The notes under the pieces are model-generated. The model worked only from the letters and a program-made list of their open reading frames with translations. It was not told the origin of the DNA and searched no databases. Positions 1 through 9,420 of a stretch of DNA of 64,000 nucleotides are shown here, piece after piece. The DNA lies in contig DASZAB010000108.1 in assembly GCA_035945675.1 (NCBI GenBank), positions 48,564 through 112,563 of the forward strand, given 5' to 3'. Every line of letters starts with the position of its first letter. Positions within the stretch are counted from its first letter, which is position 1. This stretch comes from Verrucomicrobiia bacterium (lineage in GTDB: Bacteria > Verrucomicrobiota > Verrucomicrobiia > Limisphaerales > UBA11358). The position numbers and the translations under genes were made by a program.

Positions 1-47
1 CGCTGCCGGCGAGACGCCAACCGCGAACAAAAAGAAAGCAATAGAAC

Positions 48-173
48 ATGATGAATCAAACCAACGGATGGATGGGCGGAGGGGCGGGCGGCGGGATGTG
101 GCTTTGGGCTGTGATCGGCGTAGCGGCGGTGGTCCTGCTGGTCGTCCTGATCGCCAAGTTGTCCAGGAAATAA
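48..173 (+). CDS. small single-pass membrane protein (41 aa, MMNQTNGWMGGGAGGGMWLWAVIGVAAVVLLVVLIAKLSRK)
   Basis: Translated by hand: ATG 48 to TAA 171-173. A-rich leader, Gly-rich N-terminus, hydrophobic helix and basic tail. Below the ORF-track cutoff. Confidence 0.7.
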   Translation: MMNQTNGWMGGGAGGGMWLWAVIGVAAVVLLVVLIAKLSRK

Positions 174-217
174 TCGTGCGTTTGAAACCCGCCGGTGAAC
201 CGAACGAAAGGAAATCT

Positions 218-604
218 ATGCTGGTCAAATTATCCACGGAGAAAACGGTGAGTGAGACGGCGGCCGCCTTGCAGGCCGCGGTTCAGGCCAATCACTTTGG
301 CGTCATGCAGGTGCACAACCTTAAAGAAACCATGACGAAGAAGGGCGTGGAGTTCGCCCATGAATGCCTGATCTTCGAGGTCTGTCAGCCGCAACAGGCG
401 AAGAAGGTGCTCGACCAAAACATGAGCGTCTCCACCGCGCTGCCCTGCCGGATCTCCATTTACGAGGAGGGCGGCAAGACCCTGCTGGCGTCTTTGAAGC
501 CAACCACTTTGCTGGCGCTGTTCAACACGCCCCAACTGAAAGGGGTGGCGCAGGAAGTGGAGGACACGATCGTTAAAATCATGACCCAGGCGGCGTCAGC
601 TTGA
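218..604 (+). CDS. DUF302 family protein
   Basis: FGVMQVHNLKETMTKKG...IFEVCQP...ALPCRISIYEE signature; GAAAGGA precedes ATG 218. Confidence 0.85.
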   Translation: MLVKLSTEKTVSETAAALQAAVQANHFGVMQVHNLKETMTKKGVEFAHECLIFEVCQPQQAKKVLDQNMSVSTALPCRISIYEEGGKTLLASLKPTTLLALFNTPQLKGVAQEVEDTIVKIMTQAASA

Positions 605-816
605 TCGGCCACCGGTTTACTCCGCGCCGGTCCGGTTTCGCGGCTGGCTGGTTGGATGCGGCCTTCGACCTGATCGGCAGTCCCCGCGGCTGCTGACGGG
701 GTATTGCGACTGTGATTTATGCGAGAGATGAAAACAGAAACAAAGACGTTCACGCCGGAGCTGCTTCCACCCGGGCAGGTCGTGACCAATGGCTGCCAAC
801 GAACAAGGATCAATGA

Positions 817-2484
817 ATGAGAATTTCTCTAAAGCTTAAACATCTGAAACGATACAAGGACATTGCCCTGCTTTTGATCAAGCATGGACGGTCGGACGTT
901 GTGAAACATGCCGGGTTGCACGACGCGCTGGAACTGGAGGGAGCGGCGGAGACAACGGCGGGCGTGGCAAAAGCAGATGAACTGGCGCAAGACCTGGAGA
1001 AGATGGGGCCCACCTTTATCAAGCTCGGCCAACTCCTCTCCACGCGCGCGGATTTTCTGCCTCCGGCCTATATTCACGCGCTGACACGATTGCAGGACAA
1101 GATCGATCCCTTTCCTTTCGAACAGGTGGAAGCCATTGTTTCGGGCGAGTTGGGAGTGCGGATCTCAAAAGCATTTTCGGAATTTGCAGTAAAACCTCTG
1201 GCGACGGCGTCGCTGGGCCAGGTCCATCGTGCCACCATGCATGACGGCCGGGCGGTGGTGGTGAAGGTGCAACGGCCGGGAATTCGAAAAATCATCGCGG
1301 AGGACATGGAGGTGCTGGAAGAAATCGCGGGGTTTTTGGACAACCACACGCCGTGGGGCAGACGTTACGAGTTCGGCAAGATGCTCGAGGAATTGCGCAA
1401 GAGCCTGTGGCGTGAGCTGGACTATCGCCAGGAAGCGAGAAATCTCAGCACTTTGGGCGCAAACCTGCTGGAATTCCAAGGGATCGTCGTGCCGATTCCG
1501 ATCGAGGATTTTACCACCTCGCGGGTGTTGACCATGGAATACATCGGCGGAAAAAAAATCACGGAACTCGGCCCTTTGGCTCGTTTGGATTTAAACGGAG
1601 CCGAGCTGGCGGAAGAACTGTTTCACGCCTATCTGAAGCAAATCCTGGTGGACGGATTTTTCCACGCTGATCCTCATCCCGGCAACGTCTTCCTCACGGA
1701 CGATCATCGCATTGCCTTGCTTGACCTGGGCATGGTGGGTCACATCACGCCGCAGTTGCAGGAAAACCTGCTTCAGTTGCTGCTGGCGGTGAGCGATGGC
1801 CGCGGCGACGATGCCGCAGCCAGCGCGATCAAAATCGGCGAGCTGAAAGAGGATTTTTCAGAGAATACGTTTCGCCAGCGCGTGGCGGGTCTGGTTGGCG
1901 AGTATCAAGGATCGAAAATGGACCAGATTCAGGTGGGGCGGGTCGTCCTGGAAATCACGCAAGTTGCGGCGGATAACGGACTGCGGGTGCCCGCGGAGTT
2001 GACCCTGTTGAGCAAAACGTTGCTGAACCTGGACCTGGTCGGTCAAACCCTCGACCCAAAATTTAATCCCAACGCTTCGATTCGAAGCAACGCGGAAAAA
2101 ATTCTGCAGCAGCGGGTGTGCAAAGCGTTCTCGACCACCAACCTGTTCGGTGGCTTGTTGGAGATGAAAGATCTCCTGGTGCGGCTGCCAGGCCGACTCA
2201 ACCGGATTCTCGATGCGATCGCGCACAACGAGTTCAAGGTAAACGTGGATGCGATTGACGAGGACGTCATCATCGAGGGACTTCAGAAGATTGCGAATCG
2301 CATCACCCTGGGTTTGGTTTTAGCGGCATTGATCGTCGGCGCAGCTTTATTGGCGCGGGTGGAGACTTCGTTTCGCATCTTTGGGTATCCTGGTCTCGCG
2401 CTCATATGTTTTCTGAGCGTGGGCGGAGGCGGTCTCTTACTGATTATCAGCATTTTGATGCATGATCGCCCTTCGAAAAAGTAA
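817..2484 (+). CDS. AarF/UbiB (ABC1) family atypical protein kinase
   Basis: [36 protein letters not shown] motifs; two C-terminal TM helices. Confidence 0.92.
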   Translation: MRISLKLKHLKRYKDIALLLIKHGRSDVVKHAGLHDALELEGAAETTAGVAKADELAQDLEKMGPTFIKLGQLLSTRADFLPPAYIHALTRLQDKIDPFPFEQVEAIVSGELGVRISKAFSEFAVKPLATASLGQVHRATMHDGRAVVVKVQRPGIRKIIAEDMEVLEEIAGFLDNHTPWGRRYEFGKMLEELRKSLWRELDYRQEARNLSTLGANLLEFQGIVVPIPIEDFTTSRVLTMEYIGGKKITELGPLARLDLNGAELAEELFHAYLKQILVDGFFHADPHPGNVFLTDDHRIALLDLGMVGHITPQLQENLLQLLLAVSDGRGDDAAASAIKIGELKEDFSENTFRQRVAGLVGEYQGSKMDQIQVGRVVLEITQVAADNGLRVPAELTLLSKTLLNLDLVGQTLDPKFNPNASIRSNAEKILQQRVCKAFSTTNLFGGLLEMKDLLVRLPGRLNRILDAIAHNEFKVNVDAIDEDVIIEGLQKIANRITLGLVLAALIVGAALLARVETSFRIFGYPGLALICFLSVGGGGLLLIISILMHDRPSKK

Positions 2485-2543
2485 CGTTCAAACCCAACGC
2501 GCCGGGCTGGCTGCCAAGTCGCCGGCGATCCAGAGATGAAAAT

Positions 2544-4979
2544 ATGAAAACAAAGACCGCGACGCTCACTCCCGAACTGCTCCGCCAGATGGACGCTTAT
2601 TGGCGTGCTGCCAACTACCTGTCGGTCGGCCAGATTTATCTTTTCAATAACCCATTGCTGAAGCGGCCGCTGGCGCTCGCGGATGTGAAGCACATGCTGC
2701 TGGGACACTGGGGCACGACGCCCGGGCAGAACTTCATCTACGTCCATTTGAATCGGGTCATCAAAAAATACGACCTCGACATGATTTACGTCTCCGGCCC
2801 CGGGCATGGTGGCCCCGCCATCGTGGGCAACACCTATCTCGAAGGCACTTACAGCGAGATTTATCCCAATATCAGCCAGGATGAGGCCGGGCTGCGGAAA
2901 CTGTTTCTCCAGTTTTCGTTTCCCGGAGGCATTCCCAGTCACGTATCGCCGGAGTGCCCGGGCTCGATCCACGAGGGCGGCGAACTGGGCTATTCGCTCA
3001 GCCATTCCTTCGGGGCAGTGTTCGACAATCCCGATCTCGTCGTCGCCTGCGTCATCGGCGATGGCGAGGCAGAAACCGGGCCGCTGGCCACGGCGTGGCA
3101 TGCCAACAAGTTTCTCAATCCGGCCACCGACGGCGCGGTGCTGCCGATCCTGCATCTCAATGGCTACAAAATCTCCAACCCAACCATTCTGGCCCGCATC
3201 GAGCGTGAGGAATTGGAACACTTGCTCCGCGGCTACGGGTGGACGCCCCTCTACGTCGAGGGGCACGAACCTGCGCGGATGCACGAGGCCATGGCCGCGG
3301 CCCTGGACATGGCGGTGGAGCAGATCAAGACAATCCAGAAAAAAGCTCGTGCCGACGGCGACCTCACCCGCCCGCGCTGGCCGATGATTGTCCTCAATTC
3401 ACCCAAAGGCTGGACGGGGCCGAAGATGGTTGACGGTCTGCAGGTTGAAGGCACCTTCCGGGCGCACCAGGTGCCAATCTCCGACCCGGCCGCCCATCCC
3501 GAACACCTCAAGCTGCTGGAAGACTGGCTGCGGAGCTATCGGCCCGAGGAACTGTTCGATGTGCAGGGCCGCCTGAAGCCGGAACTGGCCGAACTGGCAC
3601 CCAAGGGTGAACGACGCATGAGCGCGAATCCCCACGCCAACGGCGGCAAGCTGCTGCGTGACCTGCGGATGCCGGATTTCCGCGATTACGCGGCGGCCGT
3701 GCCGTCGCCGGGAGCGCCCGGCATCGGCGACACGCGTGTACTCGGACCGTTCTTGCGCGACGTCGCGAAGCTGAACCGGGAGCAGCGAAACTTTCGGGTC
3801 TTCGGTCCGGACGAAACGCTCTCCAACGGCCTGGCCGCTCTCTTTGAAACGACCGAACGCCAATGGGACGCCGCCACCGTGCCGAACGACGAATTTCTCG
3901 CGCCCGCCGGGCGCGTGCTGGACTCGATGCTCAGCGAGCATCAATGCGAGGGTTGGCTCGAGGGCTACCTGCTCACCGGGCGGCACGGAGTCTTTAACTG
4001 CTACGAGGCGTTCATCCACATCATTGATTCGATGTTCAACCAGCACGCCAAGTGGCTGAAGGTCACCGCCGGTCTGCCATGGCGGCAGAAGATCGCCTCG
4101 CTGAACTACCTGCTGGCCTCGCATGTCTGGCGTCAGGATCACAACGGCTTCACCCACCAGGACCCCGGTTTCGTTGACCACGTCGTGAACAAGAAGGCCT
4201 CCGTCGTGCGGGTTTACTTCCCGCCGGACGCCAACTGTCTGCTGTCGGTGATGGACCATTGCCTGCGCAGCCGCCATTACGTCAACGTCGTGGTGGCGGG
4301 CAAACACCCCGCGCCGCAGTGGCTGACGATGGACGCCGCCGTCAAGCACTGCACCGAGGGCATCGGCATCTGGCAATGGGCCAGCAACGACCAGGGTATG
4401 GCGCCCGACGCGGTCATGGCCTGCTGTGGCGACGTGCCCACATTGGAAACACTGGCCGCCGTCTCCATCCTGCGCGAGCATCTGCCCGGCCTGAAAATCC
4501 GCGTGGTCAACGTCGTTGACCTCATGAAGCTCCAGCCGCAGAGCGAGCACCCGCACGGGTTGAGCGACACCGATTTCGACGAACTCTTCACCAGGGACAA
4601 GCCGGTCATCTTCGCCTACCATGCCTACCCGTGGCTGATCCACCGGCTGACCTACCGCCGCACCAATCACGACAACATTCACGTCCGCGGCTACAAGGAA
4701 GAAGGCACCATCACCACGCCCTTCGACATGACGGTGCTGAACGATCTGGACCGTTTCCACCTCGTGATGGACGTCATCGACCGTGTGCCGCAAACCGGCA
4801 ACCAGGGCATCTACCTGAAGCAACAGCTCAAGGACAAGTTGGTCGAGCACAAGCAATACATTGATAAGCACGGACAGGACCTGCCGGAAATCCGCAACTG
4901 GAAATGGAAGGAGCCGGACAGTAACGACACCAGCCCGAGGTCATTCGGGACGAGGATCAAGAAAGCTAAGAACCAATGA
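2544..4979 (+). CDS. xfp: xylulose-5-phosphate/fructose-6-phosphate phosphoketolase
   Basis: [23 protein letters not shown] (TPP motif), [12 protein letters not shown]; 811 aa. Confidence 0.96.
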   Translation: MKTKTATLTPELLRQMDAYWRAANYLSVGQIYLFNNPLLKRPLALADVKHMLLGHWGTTPGQNFIYVHLNRVIKKYDLDMIYVSGPGHGGPAIVGNTYLEGTYSEIYPNISQDEAGLRKLFLQFSFPGGIPSHVSPECPGSIHEGGELGYSLSHSFGAVFDNPDLVVACVIGDGEAETGPLATAWHANKFLNPATDGAVLPILHLNGYKISNPTILARIEREELEHLLRGYGWTPLYVEGHEPARMHEAMAAALDMAVEQIKTIQKKARADGDLTRPRWPMIVLNSPKGWTGPKMVDGLQVEGTFRAHQVPISDPAAHPEHLKLLEDWLRSYRPEELFDVQGRLKPELAELAPKGERRMSANPHANGGKLLRDLRMPDFRDYAAAVPSPGAPGIGDTRVLGPFLRDVAKLNREQRNFRVFGPDETLSNGLAALFETTERQWDAATVPNDEFLAPAGRVLDSMLSEHQCEGWLEGYLLTGRHGVFNCYEAFIHIIDSMFNQHAKWLKVTAGLPWRQKIASLNYLLASHVWRQDHNGFTHQDPGFVDHVVNKKASVVRVYFPPDANCLLSVMDHCLRSRHYVNVVVAGKHPAPQWLTMDAAVKHCTEGIGIWQWASNDQGMAPDAVMACCGDVPTLETLAAVSILREHLPGLKIRVVNVVDLMKLQPQSEHPHGLSDTDFDELFTRDKPVIFAYHAYPWLIHRLTYRRTNHDNIHVRGYKEEGTITTPFDMTVLNDLDRFHLVMDVIDRVPQTGNQGIYLKQQLKDKLVEHKQYIDKHGQDLPEIRNWKWKEPDSNDTSPRSFGTRIKKAKNQ

Positions 4980-5209
4980 ACGAACTAATGCACGAGCATC
5001 ACCGGTTTGAAAATCCGCATGGCGAAGAACTCCATCATGGCCATCGGCCTTATTGGAAACGCGCCCATCGTGACTGGCGCATCTGGTTCTGCGCGATTTT
5101 AATGTTGGCCGCCATGGGGGTCTATTTGATGACCGGCGACTTGCGGTGGCGGATTCACGGCCAACCGCAACAATCATCGCAATCGATTTCCGCCCCGGTC
5201 GGCAACTAA
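4976..5209 (+). CDS. small His-rich membrane protein
   Basis: ATGA overlap with xfp; His-rich N-terminus followed by one TM segment. Confidence 0.65.
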   Translation: MNELMHEHHRFENPHGEELHHGHRPYWKRAHRDWRIWFCAILMLAAMGVYLMTGDLRWRIHGQPQQSSQSISAPVGN

Positions 5210-5237
5210 TGGTTGCCGCTGATTAACCCGCAGAGAA

Positions 5238-5775
5238 ATGATCAGTATGAACACGCAAAGCCGGCTTGGTTCCCGTCGTCGAGCCGGAAGTGCTCATGGA
5301 CGGCGATCATACTCTGGAGCAGTGCCGCGCGGCGACGGAGGAAGTCCTGCGAACTGTTTTCAATCAATTGAATTCCCAGCGCGTGCTGCTGGAGGGGATG
5401 ATTCTCAAGCCCAACATGGTGCTGCCGGGATTGACCTGCCCCAAGCAGGAATCCGTGGACGAGGTGGCCAACGTCACGGTGAAGAGTCTGTGGCGAACCG
5501 TGCCCGCCGCAGTTCCGGGGATTGCATTTTTGTCCGGCGGCCAATCCGCTGAACTCGCTTCGGCCCGTTTGAACACCATGAATCTTCGCTTCAATTCACG
5601 ACTGCCTTGGGCGCTGTCATTTTCGTTTGCCCGCGCGATCCAGCAACCGGCTCTGGAGATTTGGCTGGGCAAGGAGGCCAACGTGAAAGCGGCACAACCA
5701 GCTTTGCTTCAACGTGCCCGATGCAACCGCGCCGCGCGTCGCGGCGAATATTCTGCCGCGATGGAAAGGCGATGA
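5238..5775 (+). pseudogene. class I fructose-bisphosphate aldolase, N-terminal half deleted
   Basis: AGLVPVVEPEVLMDGDH...LKPNMV...FLSGGQS...SFSFARAIQ is the C-terminal half. The start MISMNTQ is out of frame immediately upstream. Confidence 0.85.
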
Positions 5776-6281
5776 GCATGACAAGGGAACAACCGGCCGC
5801 GAATCAAATATCTCTCAATCCACTGCGCTTCGAACCAATTTACCCGTATCGGCTCCGGGGCGGCCGACGTTTGGCCAACCTGCTCTCCGCCCCGTTGCCC
5901 GGGGATGGCCCCATCGGCGAAGCGTGGCTGTTGAGCGGCCGCGAGGATCATCCGAGCCGCGTCGCCGCCGGACCGCTCAAGGGACGAAGCCTCGGGCAAT
6001 TGCTTCATCCCCATGACGAACATCTGAAAAATCTGTCCCTCCTTCCCACTTGTGGGACGAAGTTCTATCAATACGCCAGCGATTGGAAAAAGATCTGCTC
6101 GGAAGATTTCACCACGAACGAAAAAAAGAAAATCATCAGTTCGCTAAAGCAGGCACTCGAAGCAGCGGGCTTCAAGGTCGGAAAGGTCTGGGGAGAACCC
6201 ATTGAAGACCGGGGAAGCCAGATTGCGTATTCTGCCTTGGGGCAGCAGGCGCCCATCGAGGAAAAGAAGAAAACCCTGTGA
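5772..6281 (+). pseudogene. chimeric relic: mannose-6-phosphate isomerase N-terminus fused to an internal HAD-IIB hydrolase fragment
   Basis: PLRFEPIY..GGRRL..PIGEAWLLS (type I PMI start) switches near 6004 to LLPTCGTKFY...IEDRGSQIAYSALGQQAP (HAD-IIB-like). Neither domain is complete. Confidence 0.7.
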
Positions 6282-6293
6282 GGAGAAGACCGG

Positions 6294-6551
6294 ATGAGTG
6301 GCTTTCAATTGCAGCGCCTGGTAATGTTAATGGAACCGGAGACGGGCAATCCCCACGAAATCAATGGCGTCCTGAATCCGGCGGCCGCGCGCGGCCCGGA
6401 TGGCCAGCTTGATCTGTTTCCACGGCTCGTCGCACTTCGGAAGGCTTCCAATTTTTCGGATGTTTCCGAAGCATCTCCGCGTGATGGTTTGCCGGGGAAT
6501 CATGGAAATTCATACTCACTGACGCTGAAGCCTGAATCCGACCCCGCCTGA
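6294..6551 (+). pseudogene. GH130-type glycosidase N-terminal fragment
   Basis: MEPETGNPHEINGVLNPAAARGPDGQLDLFPRLVA, then unrelated sequence after ~6433. Confidence 0.65.
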
Positions 6552-6650
6552 ATGAGGTTGGCGGCGTGGTTGGTGCGGCAGGTCGGCCTGCTTTGGTTTG
6601 TCAACAAATTGCATTGCTGTTTTTCCAGGGAAGTACGAACCTGTTCCCGT

Positions 6651-6863
6651 GTGAAATACCACACCACAAAAGAAGCGACGATGCGTGAGCTCGGTGAGTA
6701 CGTTGGTAAAGGCTGGGATATTATCGCGACCCGAACTCTTCGAAACGTCCAACCAAACGGTTCGTTTGAGGATCAAATTATTTACGTGTTAGGAGAGCCG
6801 GTTGTGAAAGAACAGGAGTTTCAAAAAGGATGGAGCACGCAACAACCTTCTGGGCAGGCATAA
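6651..6863 (+). CDS. hypothetical protein
   Basis: Protein-like composition from GTG 6651 (or ATG 6681); no family recognised. Confidence 0.45.
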   Translation: MKYHTTKEATMRELGEYVGKGWDIIATRTLRNVQPNGSFEDQIIYVLGEPVVKEQEFQKGWSTQQPSGQA

Positions 6864-7120
6864 AACTGAACCAAAATCCAATTCAGTCGCTTGACAGGCT
6901 GGGAAAGCGGATGATGTTGGTAGTGGCTGGTATGGACGTAAGTGCGGTTGACGGTCCCCAGACGGCACGAAACCCGTGAGACCGTCGTTGGTGAAAGATA
7001 GAAAGGCAGTCAGTTAGTAGATACGCCCCTGCCAGCCATTCCTTTTTTCTCACGCGGACCAGGTCATTCACCGAAAGAATAGCCCTCCCCTTTTTTAATT
7101 CCTGCGTTGTGAGGCATGTC

Positions 7121-7156
7121 AAAAAGGCGCGAGCATCACACTCGCGCCGGTTTTTT
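7121..7156. terminator. probable bidirectional intrinsic terminator
   Basis: AAAAA-GGCGCGAG-catcaca-CTCGCGCC-gg-TTTTTT. Confidence 0.55.
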
Positions 7157-7312
7157 GCCACAGCGGCCCGCCGAATGCCCCGCAGACCGGGAAGTCTGCT
7201 GAAAGAGAACGTGGCCTTGGAGATTGCTTCCGCTGTGAACAAGGTTTTTATCACGGCATGGACTGCCCAGTCGTGCTGGACTGGTGAAGCCTTCCGCGGC
7301 ATGGCTCAGCGG

Positions 7313-7420
7313 TCAGCGGAGCAATAGAACCACGACGACGATGATGAGAATGAGGCCACCCACGCCTCCGCCAATCCAAATGCCACTGGCAAGAATCGGC
7401 GAGAATAATAATAGATGCAT
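7313..7420 (-). CDS. small membrane protein (35 aa, MHLLLFSPILASGIWIGGGVGGLILIIVVVVLLLR)
   Basis: C-terminal part of the 7313..7789 track ORF. ATG at 7420 follows an A-rich leader; single TM helix; has its own promoter box. Confidence 0.65.
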   Translation of the reverse strand: MHLLLFSPILASGIWIGGGVGGLILIIVVVVLLLR

Positions 7421-7476
7421 AGTTTGTCTTTCGTTTTTGATGGCAATACATTGACCATCACTTTTCCGTTCGGGGT

Positions 7477-7516
7477 ACACTATGCGCCAGGCCGGTCTAT
7501 GGCTATCAGGTGTAAC
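7477..7516 (-). promoter_or_regulatory. promoter: GTTACACCTGAT box plus -10 TAGTGT
   Basis: Box at 7505-7516 (minus strand); TAnnnT 22 nt downstream, same geometry as three other sites. Confidence 0.6.
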
Positions 7517-7715
7517 ACTAACGCGGGTCCAGGAGCCACTGCCTCCGAGAACGGACCAGCGAAAGGGGTGTTTTTCGCGCCGCGGGAGTTTGGTCCTGTA
7601 AATCCGCTGCTTCCCTTCCGTGATGCCGAATAACGCCTCGTGAAACTGATCCCGCAAACGCGCCTTTGAATTGGGCATTCGCCGAGAGATTCTGCAAACT
7701 GAGTTTCGAGCCAAA

Positions 7716-7838
7716 CCGGATTTCACCGGGTCATTCGCAAAAAAACACCTTCTGGTTACACCTGATGGCGCAGGGCCGGCCCGCAGCATACCGTGCTTCT
7801 CGTATTTAAATATCCATAACGCAACAACCGAAAGAAAA
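7716..7838 (+). repeat. duplicated promoter/leader, copy 1 (box 7755-7766, -10 TACCGT at 7789)
   Basis: Aligns by eye with 38545-38668; about 13 differences in ~123 nt by hand count. Confidence 0.9.
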
Positions 7839-7843
7839 GCACA

Positions 7844-8626
7844 ATGAAAATGAACCCAACCTATCCGCTCGCGCTCAGTATGATTGCGGGCGCCCTGTTA
7901 ATCACCAGCCCATCCCTGCGCGCCTCCAGTACGGACAGCCGCATCGAATCATCCGCCGCCAAGTCGTATGTGTTCAAAACCGTCCTCAAGGACGATTCCA
8001 TCACGACGGAATCCAAAGACGGTGTCGTCACCCTCACCGGCACGGTCGCCGATGCGAACCATAAATCTCTGGCCCAGGACACGGTGGCGAGTCTGCCCGG
8101 CGTCAAGAGCGTGGATAATCAACTGCTGGTCAAAGGTGAACAACCCGCCGAACATTCCGACGCCTGGATTGGTTGGAAAGTGAAAATGGCGCTTTTGTTC
8201 CATCGCAATGTAAGTGCCACCGGCACCGACGTGGACGTAAAAGACGGCATCGTCACCCTGACCGGTGAAGCCAGCAGCCTGGCGCAAAAGCAACTCACCA
8301 CTGAATACGCCAAGGACATCGACAATGTCAAAGAGGTCAGGAACGAAATGACGATTGCCCAGACCCCGGTAAAAGTGGTCGAAACCAACGGCGGAAAAAT
8401 TGATGACGCCTCCATCACGGCTGAAGTCAAGTCGTCGTTGATGGCGCAGCGCTCGACCAGCGCCTTGCGCACCACGGTTTCAACGACGGACGGCGTCGTC
8501 ACCCTGGGCGGCGTGGCCAAAAACGAAGCGGAAAAGAGCCTGGTCACCAAGCTGACCACCGACATCAACGGTGTGACCAGCGTGATCAATAACATGACCA
8601 TCGCTGTGCCTGTAGCCGAGAACTAA
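7844..8626 (+). CDS. BON domain (OsmY-like) periplasmic protein with three BON repeats
   Basis: Signal peptide; three repeats of DxxI...DGVVTLxG...GVxSVxNxL/M. Confidence 0.92.
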   Translation: MKMNPTYPLALSMIAGALLITSPSLRASSTDSRIESSAAKSYVFKTVLKDDSITTESKDGVVTLTGTVADANHKSLAQDTVASLPGVKSVDNQLLVKGEQPAEHSDAWIGWKVKMALLFHRNVSATGTDVDVKDGIVTLTGEASSLAQKQLTTEYAKDIDNVKEVRNEMTIAQTPVKVVETNGGKIDDASITAEVKSSLMAQRSTSALRTTVSTTDGVVTLGGVAKNEAEKSLVTKLTTDINGVTSVINNMTIAVPVAEN

Positions 8627-8638
8627 ACCGTCAATTCG

Positions 8639-8672
8639 TTGCCGGCTGGCGCGAAAGGGCGCCAGCCGGCAA
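8639..8672 (+). other. perfect 14-bp intergenic stem-loop
   Basis: TTGCCGGCTGGCGC-gaaagg-GCGCCAGCCGGCAA; no U-tract on the + strand. Confidence 0.75.
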
Positions 8673-8692
8673 ACCAATTGAAAGAAAGTTTT

Positions 8693-8845
8693 ATGTTATA
8701 CACGATTGCGGTGATACTGCTCGTCCTGTGGCTGCTTGGCTTGGTGAGCGGTTACACGATTGGCGGCTTCGTCCACGTCTTGCTGGTAATTGCCATTATC
8801 ATGGTGCTCGTCAACCTCATTTCCGGTCGCAAGCGATTGAATTAG
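8693..8845 (+). CDS. lmo0937-family small membrane protein
   Basis: MLYTIAVILLVLWLLGLVSGYTIGGFVHVLLVIAI...ISGR pattern. Confidence 0.88.
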   Translation: MLYTIAVILLVLWLLGLVSGYTIGGFVHVLLVIAIIMVLVNLISGRKRLN

Positions 8846-8883
8846 ATGGCTGTTGACCAAACAAATCAAATCGGAGATTCAAT

Positions 8884-9099
8884 ATGAATACAAAAACCAT
8901 AGTCGCAGTCATTTTGGTCGCTCTTGGCATCGTGGTGCTCGCTTACTCGGGTATCACCTTCACGACTCCGGGAACGCCGGTCGAATTTCTTGGCATGCAC
9001 ATTCAAACCAGCGACAGCCACTTTATACCGCCGGTCGCCGGAGCGCTCGCGCTCGTCGGCGGAATCGTGTTGCTGCTCGTGAATCCCAAGCGGGTCTGA
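8884..9099 (+). CDS. small two-TM membrane protein (DUF3185-like)
   Basis: Two TM helices; GGAGA upstream of ATG. Confidence 0.75.
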   Translation: MNTKTIVAVILVALGIVVLAYSGITFTTPGTPVEFLGMHIQTSDSHFIPPVAGALALVGGIVLLLVNPKRV

Positions 9100-9133
9100 A
9101 GCTTGGAGTCCTATCCGGTTGCGCAACGGAAGG

Positions 9134-9199
9134 CTGAACCAACGTGAAGCCGAACGGCTCGACCAGATACGCAACCCGTCGAAGCATCACGGAAAGTGA
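9134..9199 (+). pseudogene. 3' relic of the small protein encoded at 47324-47500
   Basis: Reads EAERLDQIRNPSKHHGK* versus EAERLDRIRNPSKYLGK*; no in-frame ATG between the upstream gene and the relic. Confidence 0.7.
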
Positions 9200-9420
9200 A
9201 AAGGAAATCTGGTGGCTTTTTGAACAACCACTGCCGGCATTGCCACCTCTTCGTCAACGCCATCCTGCACTGGATCGCCCTCCAGATCACATGGTCCACG
9301 CTCGACGACGACCTCCAGATATATATCGAGGCGTACCCTCATTCCGCCCGCGCGCAATTTGAAGGAATGCGTCCCAAGAAGCCGGTGTCGAGGCAAAAAA
9401 CGACACCGTGAGCACACCCT

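Noticed and set aside
667..707. GACCTGAT upstream of the kinase as a fifth regulon box
   Set aside because: Partial match and no -10 at 22-23 nt.
3399..4871. Long antisense ORFs (also 11518-12855, 23125-24501, 33451-34563, 40898-42115)
   Set aside because: Shadows of GC-rich genes on the other strand, with no recognisable motifs.
6883..7302. 139-aa minus-strand ORF
   Set aside because: Runs through a terminator-like hairpin and shows no family signal.
9196..9411. 71-aa ORF next to the fabF-like gene
   Set aside because: No recognisable motif or RBS; may be junction debris.
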